This document shows, piece after piece, positions 45,553 to 55,855 of a DNA stretch of 64,000 nt. Below the pieces are notes generated by a model, which was given only the letters and a program-made list of their open reading frames with translations, was not told the DNA's origin and did no database searches. Source of the stretch: Capsulimonadaceae bacterium (GTDB lineage: Bacteria; Armatimonadota; Armatimonadia; Armatimonadales; Capsulimonadaceae); NCBI GenBank assembly GCA_965215505.1, contig OZ244065.1, forward strand, positions 3,776,001 through 3,840,000. Direction: 5' to 3'. How positions within the stretch are numbered: the first letter of the stretch is position 1; every line of letters begins with the position of its first letter. A program made the position numbers and the translations under genes.

Positions 45553-46896
45553 ATGATGCTGCGCCGCCTCCTGCCCTGCCTCGCCTGGCTCATCCTGGCC
45601 GCCGCCCCGGTCCTGGCCCTTGACGGGACTCTGACTATCCACGACCCCTCGACGGTGGCCGTCTGTGACGGCCACTATTACGTCTTCGGCACGGGGGGCG
45701 GCATCCCCATCTTGTCGTCCGCCGACGGCTTCACCTGGCAGCGCACCGGGCGCGTCTTCGCCCGCGTCCCCGACTCGGTCAAGTCGTTCGTGCCGAAGAA
45801 CGACGGCGTCAACGTCTGGGCACCCGACATCATCAAGCTGAACGGCAGCTATTACCTCTACTACGCCATCTCCAGTTGGGGGGAGTTCGTGTCCGCCGTC
45901 GGCCTGATGACCAGCCCGACCCTGGACCCCGCCGACCCCAAGTACAAGTGGACCGACCGGGGCATGGTGGTCCACTCGGCCCAGGGGGAAGACCTCAACG
46001 CCATAGACCCCGGCGTGTTCCATGCACCCGACGGCACGCTCTGGATCTGCTACGGCTCCTACCACGGCAGCATCCAGCTCGTGGAACTCGACCCCAAGAC
46101 GGGCCTCCGCATCGCGCCGGACTCGCGCGTCTCGGTCATCGCCCGCCAGAGCGAGGCGTCGGACATCGTGTTCCACGACGGCTACTACTACCTCCTGGTC
46201 AACCACGGGAGCTGCTGCCAGGGGGCCAGAAGCACCTACAACATCCGCGTGGGCCGGTCCAAGCGGGTCACAGGCCCCTATCTGGACCGTCACGGCGAGG
46301 ACTTGACCCGTGGCGGCGGCACCCTCTTCCTGGCGGCCTCGGGGAGCCGGATCGGGCCGGGGCACTTCGGCCTGCTGGTCGAGGGCGGCGTCGAGAAGTT
46401 TAGCTGCCATTATGAAGCCGACACGACCCGTGGCGGGCGTCCGACCCTGGATATCCGGCCCCTGCTGTGGACGGCCGATGGCTGGCCCTTGCCGGGCACC
46501 GACATCAAGGACGGGGCGTACCAGATGCGGTCCCAACAGACTGGCACGAATATTGAAGTCCCGCCGGACGCCGCCGAGGGGAGTCCGGCCCGCCTTGCCG
46601 CCTACCTGGTCCACGACAACCAGAAGTGGACGGTCACGGCGGCCGGCGGCGGATTTTATAAGATCGTCGGCGTGGCCGGCGGCAAGGCGTTGACGGCATC
46701 GCCCGCTTCGGTGACGGCCGCCGCGTTCAGCGGGGCGGACAGCCAGCTTTGGAAGATTGACCAAGTGAGCGACGGCAGCTACCGCATCGAGTCGAAGTCC
46801 GGCAAACTGGCCCTGACGGCGGGCGCGCGGGGTTCGCTGGCGCTGGCAGCCTACACCGGGGACGACACGCAGCATTGGGCCCTGGACACGCCATGA
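45553..46896 (+). CDS. GH43 endo-arabinanase-like protein with C-terminal ricin/CBM13 domain
   Basis: IHDPS, WAPD, NAIDP, GPGH; QKW/QLW/QHW repeats. Confidence 0.88.
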   Translation: MMLRRLLPCLAWLILAAAPVLALDGTLTIHDPSTVAVCDGHYYVFGTGGGIPILSSADGFTWQRTGRVFARVPDSVKSFVPKNDGVNVWAPDIIKLNGSYYLYYAISSWGEFVSAVGLMTSPTLDPADPKYKWTDRGMVVHSAQGEDLNAIDPGVFHAPDGTLWICYGSYHGSIQLVELDPKTGLRIAPDSRVSVIARQSEASDIVFHDGYYYLLVNHGSCCQGARSTYNIRVGRSKRVTGPYLDRHGEDLTRGGGTLFLAASGSRIGPGHFGLLVEGGVEKFSCHYEADTTRGGRPTLDIRPLLWTADGWPLPGTDIKDGAYQMRSQQTGTNIEVPPDAAEGSPARLAAYLVHDNQKWTVTAAGGGFYKIVGVAGGKALTASPASVTAAAFSGADSQLWKIDQVSDGSYRIESKSGKLALTAGARGSLALAAYTGDDTQHWALDTP

Positions 46897-46915
46897 GAGT
46901 GGAAGGAGTAAGGCG

Positions 46916-48142
46916 ATGGACCGAAGGGATTTCCTAAAGGGGGTGGGTGCTGCGACGCTCGCCGGGGCGCTCGTTCCCGCGCTGAAGGCCGCCCCGCCGC
47001 CCCCGGACGTGACATCGCCGTTGTTCGTGCCGCCACCACCGTTCACCTCGCCCGCGGATGTCTATTCCGGCATCAGCGGGCCGGGCAAGGCGGTGGCCGG
47101 GGACGGAACTGGCGGCTGGCGGAGCGGCCCGGACGGCGTCCACTATCAGGGGCCGGATCCCAAGCCGGGCTGGACCGTCATCAAGGCCGGGCTGACCGAC
47201 GATTCCGCCGTCAGAACCGGGCTGATCCCGCCGATCAGGCCGATCTGGGACCTGCACCTGCGCGACACCGTCGTCATCCTGGGCGGCGACGGCCACTACT
47301 ACATGACCGGCTCCTCGGGCGACAACATCTGGGACCGCAACGAAGGCATAGAGCTGTGGCGGTCAGCGGACCTCCAGAAGTGGGACTATCTGGGCCTCGT
47401 TTGGAGCATCGAGAAGGACGCCACCTGGGAGAAGCGGTGGCGGCTGCTGCACGACAAGCCGACCCGCAACGTCTGGGCACCCGAGATCCACTTTGTCAAG
47501 GGCAACTACTTCCTCTGCCTGTCCATGGCACCGGGCGGCGTCGCCATCTACAAGAGCAAGACCGGCAAGCCGGAAGGGCCGTATGTTACCGCCCTGGCCG
47601 AAGACAAGCCGCTCGTTGGCGGCATTGACGCGACTCTGTTCCAGGACGACGACGGCAAGGTCTACTTTTCTAATGGCGGCGGCGGCACGATCCACTTGAT
47701 GAAGGACGACATGAGCGGGTTCGCCGATGCCGGGCAGCGAGTCACGCTGCAAGGGCCGAACGCGCTGGGGGCGGACGGGGCGGGCCGCCCGCCGGGCCGC
47801 ATCGGGCACGAAGGGGTGTCGCTGTTCAAGGCGAACGGCACCTACTATCTGGGCGCGGCCGACACCTATTTGGGCCGCTACAGCAGCATGGTGGCGCAGT
47901 CGCCCAGCATTTATGGCCCCTACACGCTGCTGCAAGAGGCAGTCCCCTGCGGCGCGGGCACGAACTACTTCAAGGACAAGGAGGGCCGCTGGTGGTGTGC
48001 CTTCTTCGGCAATGATACTCAGGCACCCTGGCGGGAGAAGCCGGGGCTGGTCAGGATCGAGTTCGACAAGAAGGGCATGATCCAGGTGGCGAAGGAGCAA
48101 CCGCCTTTCGTACTCCGGGAGAGTGCCCGGAAGCATGTCTGA
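46916..48142 (+). CDS. Tat-exported GH43 glycoside hydrolase
   Basis: MDRRDFL; LRD, WAPEIH, GIDATLF, HEG. Confidence 0.85.
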   Translation: MDRRDFLKGVGAATLAGALVPALKAAPPPPDVTSPLFVPPPPFTSPADVYSGISGPGKAVAGDGTGGWRSGPDGVHYQGPDPKPGWTVIKAGLTDDSAVRTGLIPPIRPIWDLHLRDTVVILGGDGHYYMTGSSGDNIWDRNEGIELWRSADLQKWDYLGLVWSIEKDATWEKRWRLLHDKPTRNVWAPEIHFVKGNYFLCLSMAPGGVAIYKSKTGKPEGPYVTALAEDKPLVGGIDATLFQDDDGKVYFSNGGGGTIHLMKDDMSGFADAGQRVTLQGPNALGADGAGRPPGRIGHEGVSLFKANGTYYLGAADTYLGRYSSMVAQSPSIYGPYTLLQEAVPCGAGTNYFKDKEGRWWCAFFGNDTQAPWREKPGLVRIEFDKKGMIQVAKEQPPFVLRESARKHV

Positions 48143-48203
48143 GTCGCGACAGGAACCGTGACCATCATCAGGGGGTTGTTCTCTATGTCGAGGAGAATCT
48201 TCC

Positions 48204-48413
48204 ATGGAAACAACATTCATCGCGCCGGACATCGAATGCGCCGGATGCGCGGCCAGCATCCAGAAGGCTCTGGGGCGGCAGGACGGCGTCCAGGCCGTGA
48301 CGGTGGACGTGCCGACCCGGCGGGTGACGGTCGCCTTTGACGACGCCCGGACGGGCCGCGCCCAGGTCGCCGAGACTTTGACCGACATCGGCTTCCCGCC
48401 GCAGGAAGACTAG
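48204..48413 (+). CDS. copZ: Heavy-metal-associated chaperone (CopZ-like)
   Basis: DIECAGC HMA motif, GF C-terminus, adjacent to Cu ATPase. Confidence 0.8.
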   Translation: METTFIAPDIECAGCAASIQKALGRQDGVQAVTVDVPTRRVTVAFDDARTGRAQVAETLTDIGFPPQED

Positions 48414-48422
48414 GCGGCCCCA

Positions 48423-50753
48423 ATGAACGGAGTCGAACTGACCGTGCTGGCCGGAGCCGTCGGCGTCATCGGCCTGCTGTACTGGTTCTTCTTCGGGCCG
48501 AAGGGGGCCGCGCCGCCGGTCGCCGCGCCCCAAAGCGGCGATGCGCGCACCGACCTCGTCATCATGGGCATGACCTGTGCGGCCTGCGTCTCGCGCGTCG
48601 AGAAGGCCGCCCGGCGCGTGCCGGGCGTCGCCGACGCGGCCGTCAACCTGCTGGCGAGCCGGGGCATGTTCACCTATGACCCCGCCCTGACGTCGCCCCC
48701 CGTCATCGCCGCCGCCATCGAGAAGATCGGCTTTGAGGCCGCGCCGCTGACCCAAGGCACCCCGAAGGCGGACCATGCCGAGGCGAGCCGCGCGCTGGCG
48801 CGTCGCTTCTGGACGGCGGCGGCACTGACGCTGCCGGTCGTCATAGGCGCGATGGGTGGCGAGATGATGCGCCTGCCGCTCCCCGCCTGGCTCGTCTCGC
48901 CGTGGACGCAGCTCCTCCTGACGACCCCCGTGCTGTTCTGGGCGGGCGGGCCGTTCTTCCGGGGGGCCTGGCTGTCACTCCGGCAGCGCGGCAGCGACAT
49001 GAACACTTTGATCGCGCTGGGGACCGGCACCGCCTACCTCTATTCGCTGGCGGCGACCGCCCTGCCGCGCCTTTTCGCTCCCCCGCACCACGTCTACTAT
49101 GAAACCGCCGACGTCATCATCACCCTGCTGCTGCTGGGGAGGATGCTGGAAGCGCGGGCGAAGGGCCGGACCGGCGCGGCCATCGAGACCTTGCTCGGCT
49201 TGCAGCCCAAGACCGCGCGTGTCGTAGAAGGCGAACTGGAGCGGGACGTCCCAATTGAGCAAGTGAGGGTGGGGGACCGGGTGCGCGTCCGGCCCGGCGA
49301 GCGCGTGCCGGTAGACGGGCGCATTCTGGAAGGCGCGTCGGCCATTGACGAGAGCATGATCACGGGCGAGAGCCTGCCGGTGGAGAAGGGCGTGGGGGCG
49401 TCGGTCGTCGGCGCGACCGTGAACACGCGCGGTTCGTTCGTCTTCGAGGTGACCCGCATCGGGGCGGAGACGGCCCTGGCCCGCATCGCCGCCCTGGTCC
49501 GGCAGGCACAAAGCTCGCGCGCCCCGATCCAGAAGCTGGCCGACCGCATCACGGCCGTCTTCGTCCCGGCCGTGCTGATGATCGCCGCCGCAACTTTTGC
49601 GCTGTGGTTTTCGGTCGGCCACGCGCCGGGCCTGGCCCTGTCCTGCTTCATCGCCGTGCTGATCATCGCCTGCCCCTGCGCCCTGGGCCTGGCAACTCCG
49701 ACCTCGTTGATGGTCGGGGTGGGGAAGGGGGCCGAGTACGGCATCTTGATTAAAGACGCCGAGGCTCTGGAGCGGGCGGGGACAGTGCGAACGGTCGTTT
49801 TAGATAAGACCGGGACGCTGACGACCGGCAAGCCTGTCCTGACCGACATCGTGCCGGCGAACGGCATGGCCCCGCAGGAGATCCTGCGCCTGACGGCGGC
49901 TGCCGAGCGCGGCTCCGAACACCCCCTGGCCTCGGCCATCCTCGCCGGGGCATTGGCGCAGGGCGTTGGCGGCGCGGAGGTTTCCCACTTCGACAGCCTC
50001 GCCGGGTCGGGCATCGCGGCCACCGTGGAGGGCCACTCGGTCCTGGCCGGGAACGCCGGACTGCTGGCCGCATACGGCATCGCCTCCGAAACGCTGACGC
50101 AGCGCGCCCTGGAACTGGCCGAGGCGGGCCGGACGCCGATGTATGTCGCCGTGGACGGCCACGCGGCCGGGCTGGTCGCCGTCGCCGACACCCTGAAGCC
50201 GACCTCGCGGGCGGCAGTCGCGTCCCTCAAAGCTTTGGGCCTGACCGTGGTGATTCTGACGGGGGACAACGCGCGCACGGCGCGGGCCGTCGCGGATGAG
50301 GCGGGAGTGGAGGAGGTGCGGGCGGACGTCCGCCCCGAGGACAAGGCCGCCGAGGTGAAGCGCTTGCAGGGGCTTGGGGGCGGGGTGGCGATGGTCGGCG
50401 ACGGCATCAACGACGCCCCCGCGCTGGCGCAGGCCGACGTCGGCATCGCGCTGGGAACGGGAGCGGACGCCGCCATCGAGGCCGCCGACATCACCCTGCT
50501 CGGCGGCGACCTCTTGGGAGTCGCGACCGCCATCGCACTGTCGCGGGCGACATTGGGCAACGTCCGGCAGAACTTGATGTTCGCCTTCGGCTACAACACC
50601 CTGGGCATCCCGCTGGCGGCGGGCCTGCTGTACGCCGTGACCGGCCACGGCCTGCTCTCGCCGATGCTCGCCTCGGCGGCCATGGCCCTGTCGTCCGTCT
50701 CAGTCGTCACCAACGCGCTCCGGCTGCGCGGGTTCAGGCCGCCCCGACCCTAA
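48423..50753 (+). CDS. copA: Cu(I)-translocating P1B ATPase
   Basis: GMTCAAC, TGES, CPC, DKTGT, SEHP, GDGIND, YN and MALSS. Confidence 0.93.
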   Translation: MNGVELTVLAGAVGVIGLLYWFFFGPKGAAPPVAAPQSGDARTDLVIMGMTCAACVSRVEKAARRVPGVADAAVNLLASRGMFTYDPALTSPPVIAAAIEKIGFEAAPLTQGTPKADHAEASRALARRFWTAAALTLPVVIGAMGGEMMRLPLPAWLVSPWTQLLLTTPVLFWAGGPFFRGAWLSLRQRGSDMNTLIALGTGTAYLYSLAATALPRLFAPPHHVYYETADVIITLLLLGRMLEARAKGRTGAAIETLLGLQPKTARVVEGELERDVPIEQVRVGDRVRVRPGERVPVDGRILEGASAIDESMITGESLPVEKGVGASVVGATVNTRGSFVFEVTRIGAETALARIAALVRQAQSSRAPIQKLADRITAVFVPAVLMIAAATFALWFSVGHAPGLALSCFIAVLIIACPCALGLATPTSLMVGVGKGAEYGILIKDAEALERAGTVRTVVLDKTGTLTTGKPVLTDIVPANGMAPQEILRLTAAAERGSEHPLASAILAGALAQGVGGAEVSHFDSLAGSGIAATVEGHSVLAGNAGLLAAYGIASETLTQRALELAEAGRTPMYVAVDGHAAGLVAVADTLKPTSRAAVASLKALGLTVVILTGDNARTARAVADEAGVEEVRADVRPEDKAAEVKRLQGLGGGVAMVGDGINDAPALAQADVGIALGTGADAAIEAADITLLGGDLLGVATAIALSRATLGNVRQNLMFAFGYNTLGIPLAAGLLYAVTGHGLLSPMLASAAMALSSVSVVTNALRLRGFRPPRP

Positions 50754-51574
50754 CCTAATTCCCGAAGATCGCCGATAATTCTCTCAGGACGCCACTCCGG
50801 CGGCGCGGCCTGGGCTTGGGCCGGGCTGGTCACGCCGGTCAGCACTAGGACCGTATGCGCGCCCGCCCGGCGACCGACGGCGATATCGGTGTCCAGGCGG
50901 TCGCCGATCATGACGCTTTCGGAGGCCTTGACATTGGCCACCGCCAGGATGGCCTCGTAACCGTGCGCCTCTGGCTTGCCGATGTTGACCGGCTCCCGGC
51001 CCGTCGCGGTGGCGAGGGCGGCGACGAGTGAGCCGCCGCCGGGCACCTCACCGTCTTCGGTGGGCAGGGTCGAGTCGCGGTTGGTGGCGATGAACTGGGC
51101 GTGGCCGCGCGTGATGGCGGCGTGGGCGAAGTGGAGTTTGTCGTAGGTGAACTTCCGGTCAATGCCGACCACGACGTAGTCGATGTCGTGATAATCCACC
51201 GCATCGGGCTGGGTGACGACGGAAAGCCCCGCCGAGTCATGCAATTCGGCGGCCAGGCCCGGCTCGCCGATGACGAACACGGAACTTCCCGCCGCCCCGC
51301 GCTGTCTGAGGTACAGGGCGGCGGCGTAGGCCGAGGTGAAGATGGCCGACTCGGGCACTTCCAGGCCGTTCACTTTGAGCAACTTCGCCTGGTAGTCCGC
51401 GCGTGTCTGAGCCGAGTTGTTGGTCAGGAAGTAGACTGACTTGCCCGCGTCTTGCAGGCGGCGGACCGCCTCGGCGGAGTGGGCGATGGGCGTGCTGCCC
51501 AGGTACAGCACCCCGTCGAGGTCGAAGACGTAAACCGAAGCGGCCGAGAGCGTTTCGGCGGGGATTGCAGGCAT
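50750..51574 (-). CDS. HAD-IIA hydrolase (NagD family)
   Basis: [33 protein letters not shown]. Confidence 0.92.
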   Translation of the reverse strand: MPAIPAETLSAASVYVFDLDGVLYLGSTPIAHSAEAVRRLQDAGKSVYFLTNNSAQTRADYQAKLLKVNGLEVPESAIFTSAYAAALYLRQRGAAGSSVFVIGEPGLAAELHDSAGLSVVTQPDAVDYHDIDYVVVGIDRKFTYDKLHFAHAAITRGHAQFIATNRDSTLPTEDGEVPGGGSLVAALATATGREPVNIGKPEAHGYEAILAVANVKASESVMIGDRLDTDIAVGRRAGAHTVLVLTGVTSPAQAQAAPPEWRPERIIGDLRELG

Positions 51575-51803
51575 GTTTGGCACGCGCCAGTGTAGCACAT
51601 CGGGCGGAAACTTGTCAAACGCAGTGCGCCGGGCGAATTGTCACCCGGCGTCAACATTAGACCCGTGCGGCAGGGTTCAGGCGTGGAACCGCCGGGTAAA
51701 GTGAACCCGTAGAACATACAGCACCAGAAGCCGCGCGAGCAGCTTTCCGACTCAACAAACCCTTCTGCGCACGACTGGCAGAGTCTTAGAAGGTCAACTC
51801 AAC

Positions 51804-52073
51804 ATGAAATCCTCAACGGAAATAGACATCAACCAGCGCGTTTTCGCGCTTCAGCATTTGGACTCGGGCGAATACATCTGCCTGCTGCAAGAGGGCACCG
51901 ACTACCTCGCCTGTTTCTCCGACGGCGACAGCGCCTTGGAGTTTCGCTCCTCGCTCGGCTTGCAGGAGCATGTGGACCTGCGCGCCATGACCCTGGACCG
52001 CAGCCCCTTCAAGCACTTCTGGCTGGACGGCGAGAACGTGGACATCCGCAAGGAGCAGGAAGTCGCGAACTAG
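51804..52073 (+). CDS. Small hypothetical protein
   Basis: 89-aa ORF, RBS gaagg, host-like codon usage. Confidence 0.75.
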   Translation: MKSSTEIDINQRVFALQHLDSGEYICLLQEGTDYLACFSDGDSALEFRSSLGLQEHVDLRAMTLDRSPFKHFWLDGENVDIRKEQEVAN

Positions 52074-52101
52074 CGGCGGCAGGTGATATGACGGATACGA
52101 G

Positions 52102-52144
52102 CGGCCCGCCTCCCGATGCATGATGAATGCATGGGGGCGGGCCG
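52102..52144. terminator. Hairpin between convergent genes
   Basis: CGGCCCGCCTCC..ATGCAT...ATGCATGGGGGCGGGCCG. Confidence 0.45.
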
Positions 52145-52203
52145 TTGTGCGTTGGGATGGGTAGGGGAGCCATGACCGCGTAGGGGCGGGGTCCCCCGCC
52201 CTC

Positions 52204-53805
52204 TTATCGCCCCGCCCCTTCATTGACCCGCCCGCCCCCCAATGCCTCCAAAAACGCCTCCCCTTCCAACTCCTGCACCTCGTACCGCTCCCCCTCCTCG
52301 GCCAGCGGCCCCAGCGCCTGCGTCGTCTCCAGGCCAAGCGTCACTTCTTTGACGAACGCCGCTCCCAGCGCCGCTTGCAGCCGCGCGCCGTCGTGGTGGA
52401 AATACTCCTGCAACAGCGGCACGACCCGCCGATACCAGGCGAAACGCAGGTCGTCCGCCGTCCTGACCCCCATCAGGTAGCTGTGCCCGATCCGGTGATC
52501 CGGGTCCAGCAGGGCCGCCACGCGCCTGTTCAGCCGCGTCAGCAGCTCCTGCAAGTTGACCCCGGCTACGTCCTCAGACAGCAACTCCGGCTTTGGCGGC
52601 ATCTCGACGAACGTGAACCGCCGCCGCAGGGCAAGGTCCAGCAGGGCGATGGAGCGGTCCGCCGTATTCATCGTGCCCAGGATCGTCAGGTTGGCGGGGA
52701 CGCCGAACCGCTCCCCCGAGTACGGCAGCGTCACCCGCACCTCGTTCGGCATTCCCAGCCGCTTGTCGTCCTCGATCAGCGTGATTAGTTCCCCTAACAC
52801 CTTCGCGATGTTCGCCCGGTTGATCTCGTCAATGATGATCAGGTACTCCTTGTCCGGGTTCCCCTCCGCCGTCCGGCAGGCCCGCTTGAACACGCCGTCC
52901 ACGACCGCGTAGCTCACCTGCCCCTCATGGATGACCGGCTTGACCCCTTCCACGAACTCCTCATAGGCGAATGACTGATGAAACGTCACCATTTCCACCT
53001 TGTCCGCGTCGGTGAACGCCTTGGCGAACTGCGTCACCAGCCACGTCTTGCCCGTGCCGGGCGGTCCGTAGAGGAGGATGTTCTTGGTGCGCTCCGCCAT
53101 TCGGAGCAGCGGCTTGACGGCTTCCGGTACAAAGCGCTTCTGGGCGACACTTTTAGGATGTTGGGTCCCATCTTTTTCTTCTAAACCCATCAAGTTCAGG
53201 TGGTGGTAAGTCGAGCGAGGTACACGAACGGCTTGGTCGCTCATGGGCCTGCTTATTAGCTCGTTGTTATGATCTAGCCTCGTTACCAAAGTGCTGTAGT
53301 CAGCATCGTATTCCACATAAGTCGCTGGTTTCCAGACAGCACGATTCCATGACTTGATCTCGCTGGTAGCGACCATGCATTGTACTTGATTACCTTGACT
53401 CACCAAGATGTTTGCCGCTTCTGCCTGTTTGGGGTGTAGAGGCATATAGTCCTCTCCAAGTTCCCAGGTCGTTTCGGCGGGCGTTGGATTAGCTTTTGCT
53501 ACGCGGGCTTCACCTCGCTTGGTGATCTTATAGAAGCCATGACCTGACACGCTTGTCGGGTACAACTCACCTTTCTTCACTAGTTCATGCCTAACAAGTT
53601 GCACGTCGTTTTTCCACCGGCTGTCACGCTGGCTGCCCTGTTTAACAACGAGTTCTTCCTGTGTCAGTTTGAATAAATCTGCTAATGGCTGATACAAATT
53701 GGATGGTTTGGCCTGCCCACCTTGGCGTATGATCTCTTCGAGCAAGGGCAACTCCATATCCTTACGGTTCGGAAAAGTGAAACTATAGTCAGTAGATTGT
53801 GGCAC
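52204..53805 (-). CDS. mcrB: McrB-family AAA+ GTPase with Mrr_N-like winged-helix N-terminus
   Basis: GPPGTGKT, FHQSFAYEEFVEG, IIDEINR, MNTADRS, ALRRRF, IGHSY, PLLQEYF. Confidence 0.92.
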   Translation of the reverse strand: MPQSTDYSFTFPNRKDMELPLLEEIIRQGGQAKPSNLYQPLADLFKLTQEELVVKQGSQRDSRWKNDVQLVRHELVKKGELYPTSVSGHGFYKITKRGEARVAKANPTPAETTWELGEDYMPLHPKQAEAANILVSQGNQVQCMVATSEIKSWNRAVWKPATYVEYDADYSTLVTRLDHNNELISRPMSDQAVRVPRSTYHHLNLMGLEEKDGTQHPKSVAQKRFVPEAVKPLLRMAERTKNILLYGPPGTGKTWLVTQFAKAFTDADKVEMVTFHQSFAYEEFVEGVKPVIHEGQVSYAVVDGVFKRACRTAEGNPDKEYLIIIDEINRANIAKVLGELITLIEDDKRLGMPNEVRVTLPYSGERFGVPANLTILGTMNTADRSIALLDLALRRRFTFVEMPPKPELLSEDVAGVNLQELLTRLNRRVAALLDPDHRIGHSYLMGVRTADDLRFAWYRRVVPLLQEYFHHDGARLQAALGAAFVKEVTLGLETTQALGPLAEEGERYEVQELEGEAFLEALGGGRVNEGAGR

Positions 53806-53807
53806 TG

Positions 53808-55097
53808 TCAGATTACCCCCTGAAAAACATCTTTCAGTTCCTCAATCAACTGCCGGATACCTTCCGGTTTGCCTAGCTCGACGCGCAAACCCAGCGTGGC
53901 GGCCTGGACCGTGCCGCCGCCTTCCAGGTCGAATCGGAGGCGCAGGGGTTCGGCCATGCCTGCGGTCTGGGGGTAGAGGAGCAGGACGCGGGGGCAGGCG
54001 TAGCGGCGGGCGTAGGCGTGCATCTGGTACATGTCAGCGGGGGTGATGCCTGATGCGCCGCGCTCGGCGGGGGCGAGGGCTTTGTACTTGGTGTCCAGCA
54101 GGAGCGGGAAAGTGCCGTCAGCGGCGCGCAGGGCGAGGTCGGGTTTCAGGTGGAAGGCGGCGCGGCCTTCGCGGCGGGCGAGGTGCAGTGCGGTCCCCGC
54201 CGATTGAGGGAGCAGGGTGCAGTCGGCCAGCGAGGGCGGCAGTATGGCAGCGCGGTGGCATCGGAGGAAGTTGAAGACGAAGGACTCGAACAGGCGATTC
54301 ATGTCGAAGACGAAGGCGAACGCGTCCCGGTCGCCGCCCGAAAGCTGTAGGGAGCCGCCGTCGAGGAAGAGCCGGGCCAGGGTCAGCAGGGGGGCGTAGG
54401 CGGGGTGCAGGCGCGTCAGGGACACGGCGGACGCCTCGGCGGCGGTGACATTAGGGAGCAGAGTCACCCCGTCCATCCAGGCGCGCAGGGTGGACAGAGC
54501 GCGGCGGTTGTCGGAGTCGCGGGTGAGTGTCCACAGGCGCTCCACGACGAAGCGGAGGATGCGGTTCAGGGGGTTGTCGGGCGTGAACTCATCGTAGGTG
54601 ACGCAGAACCGGTGCCGATGGGCGGGGCGGCGGAGCTGGGCGGTCAGCCGCCACTTGCCGCGCAGGAGGGGCGAGTCGTCGTCTTCGATTGGGATGTAGC
54701 CCCGGACGATGCCGCGCTGCCAGACGTCGGTGAGGTGGGCCGTGAACAGGCGGGTCAGGACCTCGAACCAGTTGGCATGGCGGCGCAGCAGGGGGGCCAG
54801 GGCGTGTTCGCGGATGGGGAGGTCGGCGGCGACGGCCAGCAGGTGGAGCAGGTTCCGGGCGGCCTCATCGGCACTGCACTCCTCGTGCCGGTAGATTTTG
54901 GGCAGGATTTGGATCGTCTCGCGCCCCAGCCGGACGACGCCGACGTACTGAGTCGCCTGCACGGCGGGGGAACCGGTCCGGTCAAGGACGGCCCGCAACA
55001 CATCGTCGCCTCGCTCCCGGTTCAGGCGCTCCAATGAGGCCAGGCGGCGCGGGTCCCAGGGGAAGGGGGCGGTCTTGTTCTCGAAGAGGGTGAGCAT
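53808..55097 (-). CDS. mcrC: McrC-family PD-(D/E)xK nuclease subunit
   Basis: YVGVV, QILPK, DNPLNRIL, FDMNRLFE, KPD...LDTKYK, DMYQMHAY. Confidence 0.92.
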   Translation of the reverse strand: MLTLFENKTAPFPWDPRRLASLERLNRERGDDVLRAVLDRTGSPAVQATQYVGVVRLGRETIQILPKIYRHEECSADEAARNLLHLLAVAADLPIREHALAPLLRRHANWFEVLTRLFTAHLTDVWQRGIVRGYIPIEDDDSPLLRGKWRLTAQLRRPAHRHRFCVTYDEFTPDNPLNRILRFVVERLWTLTRDSDNRRALSTLRAWMDGVTLLPNVTAAEASAVSLTRLHPAYAPLLTLARLFLDGGSLQLSGGDRDAFAFVFDMNRLFESFVFNFLRCHRAAILPPSLADCTLLPQSAGTALHLARREGRAAFHLKPDLALRAADGTFPLLLDTKYKALAPAERGASGITPADMYQMHAYARRYACPRVLLLYPQTAGMAEPLRLRFDLEGGGTVQAATLGLRVELGKPEGIRQLIEELKDVFQGVI

Positions 55098-55279
55098 GAT
55101 CCTCTCCCCGGCGCAAGCGCCGACCCTCCCCTCGGAGGGAAGGGTGGGTGAAAGGCGGCTTGTTGGTCTTAACGGAAGCCTTGCCGTGACCGGAGGCCAC
55201 CCGGCATTACAGACCGACCTCTATTTACCCACCCTTCCCTCCGAGGGGAGGGTCGGCGCTTGCGCCGGGGAGAGGATCA
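55097..55279. repeat. 53-bp perfect inverted repeat filling the intergenic space
   Basis: 55097-55149 is the exact reverse complement of 55227-55279. Confidence 0.95.
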
Positions 55280-55816
55280 GAAATGCAGACCCGCCGTGAC
55301 GATGAAGCCGTCGGCGCGCTGGACGGCCTGGTACTTGGCGCTCACGGTCAGCAGGCCGCCGGGGAGGCTGTAGCCCAGCTCGCCGTAGGCACCCACCTTC
55401 TGAGTTGTGGAGAGCTGGTCCAGGACGCTGCTGTTGCGGTGCTGGTTCAGGAAGTAGTAGCCGACGCCCCCGCCGACATAGACGCCTGCGCCGACGCCGA
55501 CCTGCAAGCCGGCCGTCAGCGGGACGACGGTCGAGTGGCTGCCGGACTTGGAGCCGGTCTCGACGCCCGCGCCCAGGACGACGCGCAGGGGGGTGGGGTT
55601 CGGGATGGGCAGGCCGTAGTGGAACTCGACGTCGAGCTGGGTGTTGCCGCCCGCCGATTTGGCCGCGCCGCTGGACGGGATGAAGACGCCCGCCGTGATG
55701 GCGTTGGGGCTGCCCAGGATCGGCAGGGCCGGGCCGGGGGCGGCGTGGGCTGCGCCCGCGGAGAGGCTGAGGGTGGTGGTAAGGGCGGCGAATGCGCCGG
55801 TCAGTCGAAGGTTCAT
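55277..55816 (-). CDS. Small outer-membrane beta-barrel-like protein
   Basis: Signal peptide; YVGGGVGYY; alternating C-terminus ending AGLHF. Confidence 0.7.
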   Translation of the reverse strand: MNLRLTGAFAALTTTLSLSAGAAHAAPGPALPILGSPNAITAGVFIPSSGAAKSAGGNTQLDVEFHYGLPIPNPTPLRVVLGAGVETGSKSGSHSTVVPLTAGLQVGVGAGVYVGGGVGYYFLNQHRNSSVLDQLSTTQKVGAYGELGYSLPGGLLTVSAKYQAVQRADGFIVTAGLHF

Positions 55817-55855
55817 GGTATTCTCCTTGCGATCAGTTCAAGACGTTCAGAGCAG

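Noticed and set aside
52204-55097. CoCoNuT-type McrBC system
   Set aside because: No long coiled coils, helicase or extra nuclease genes
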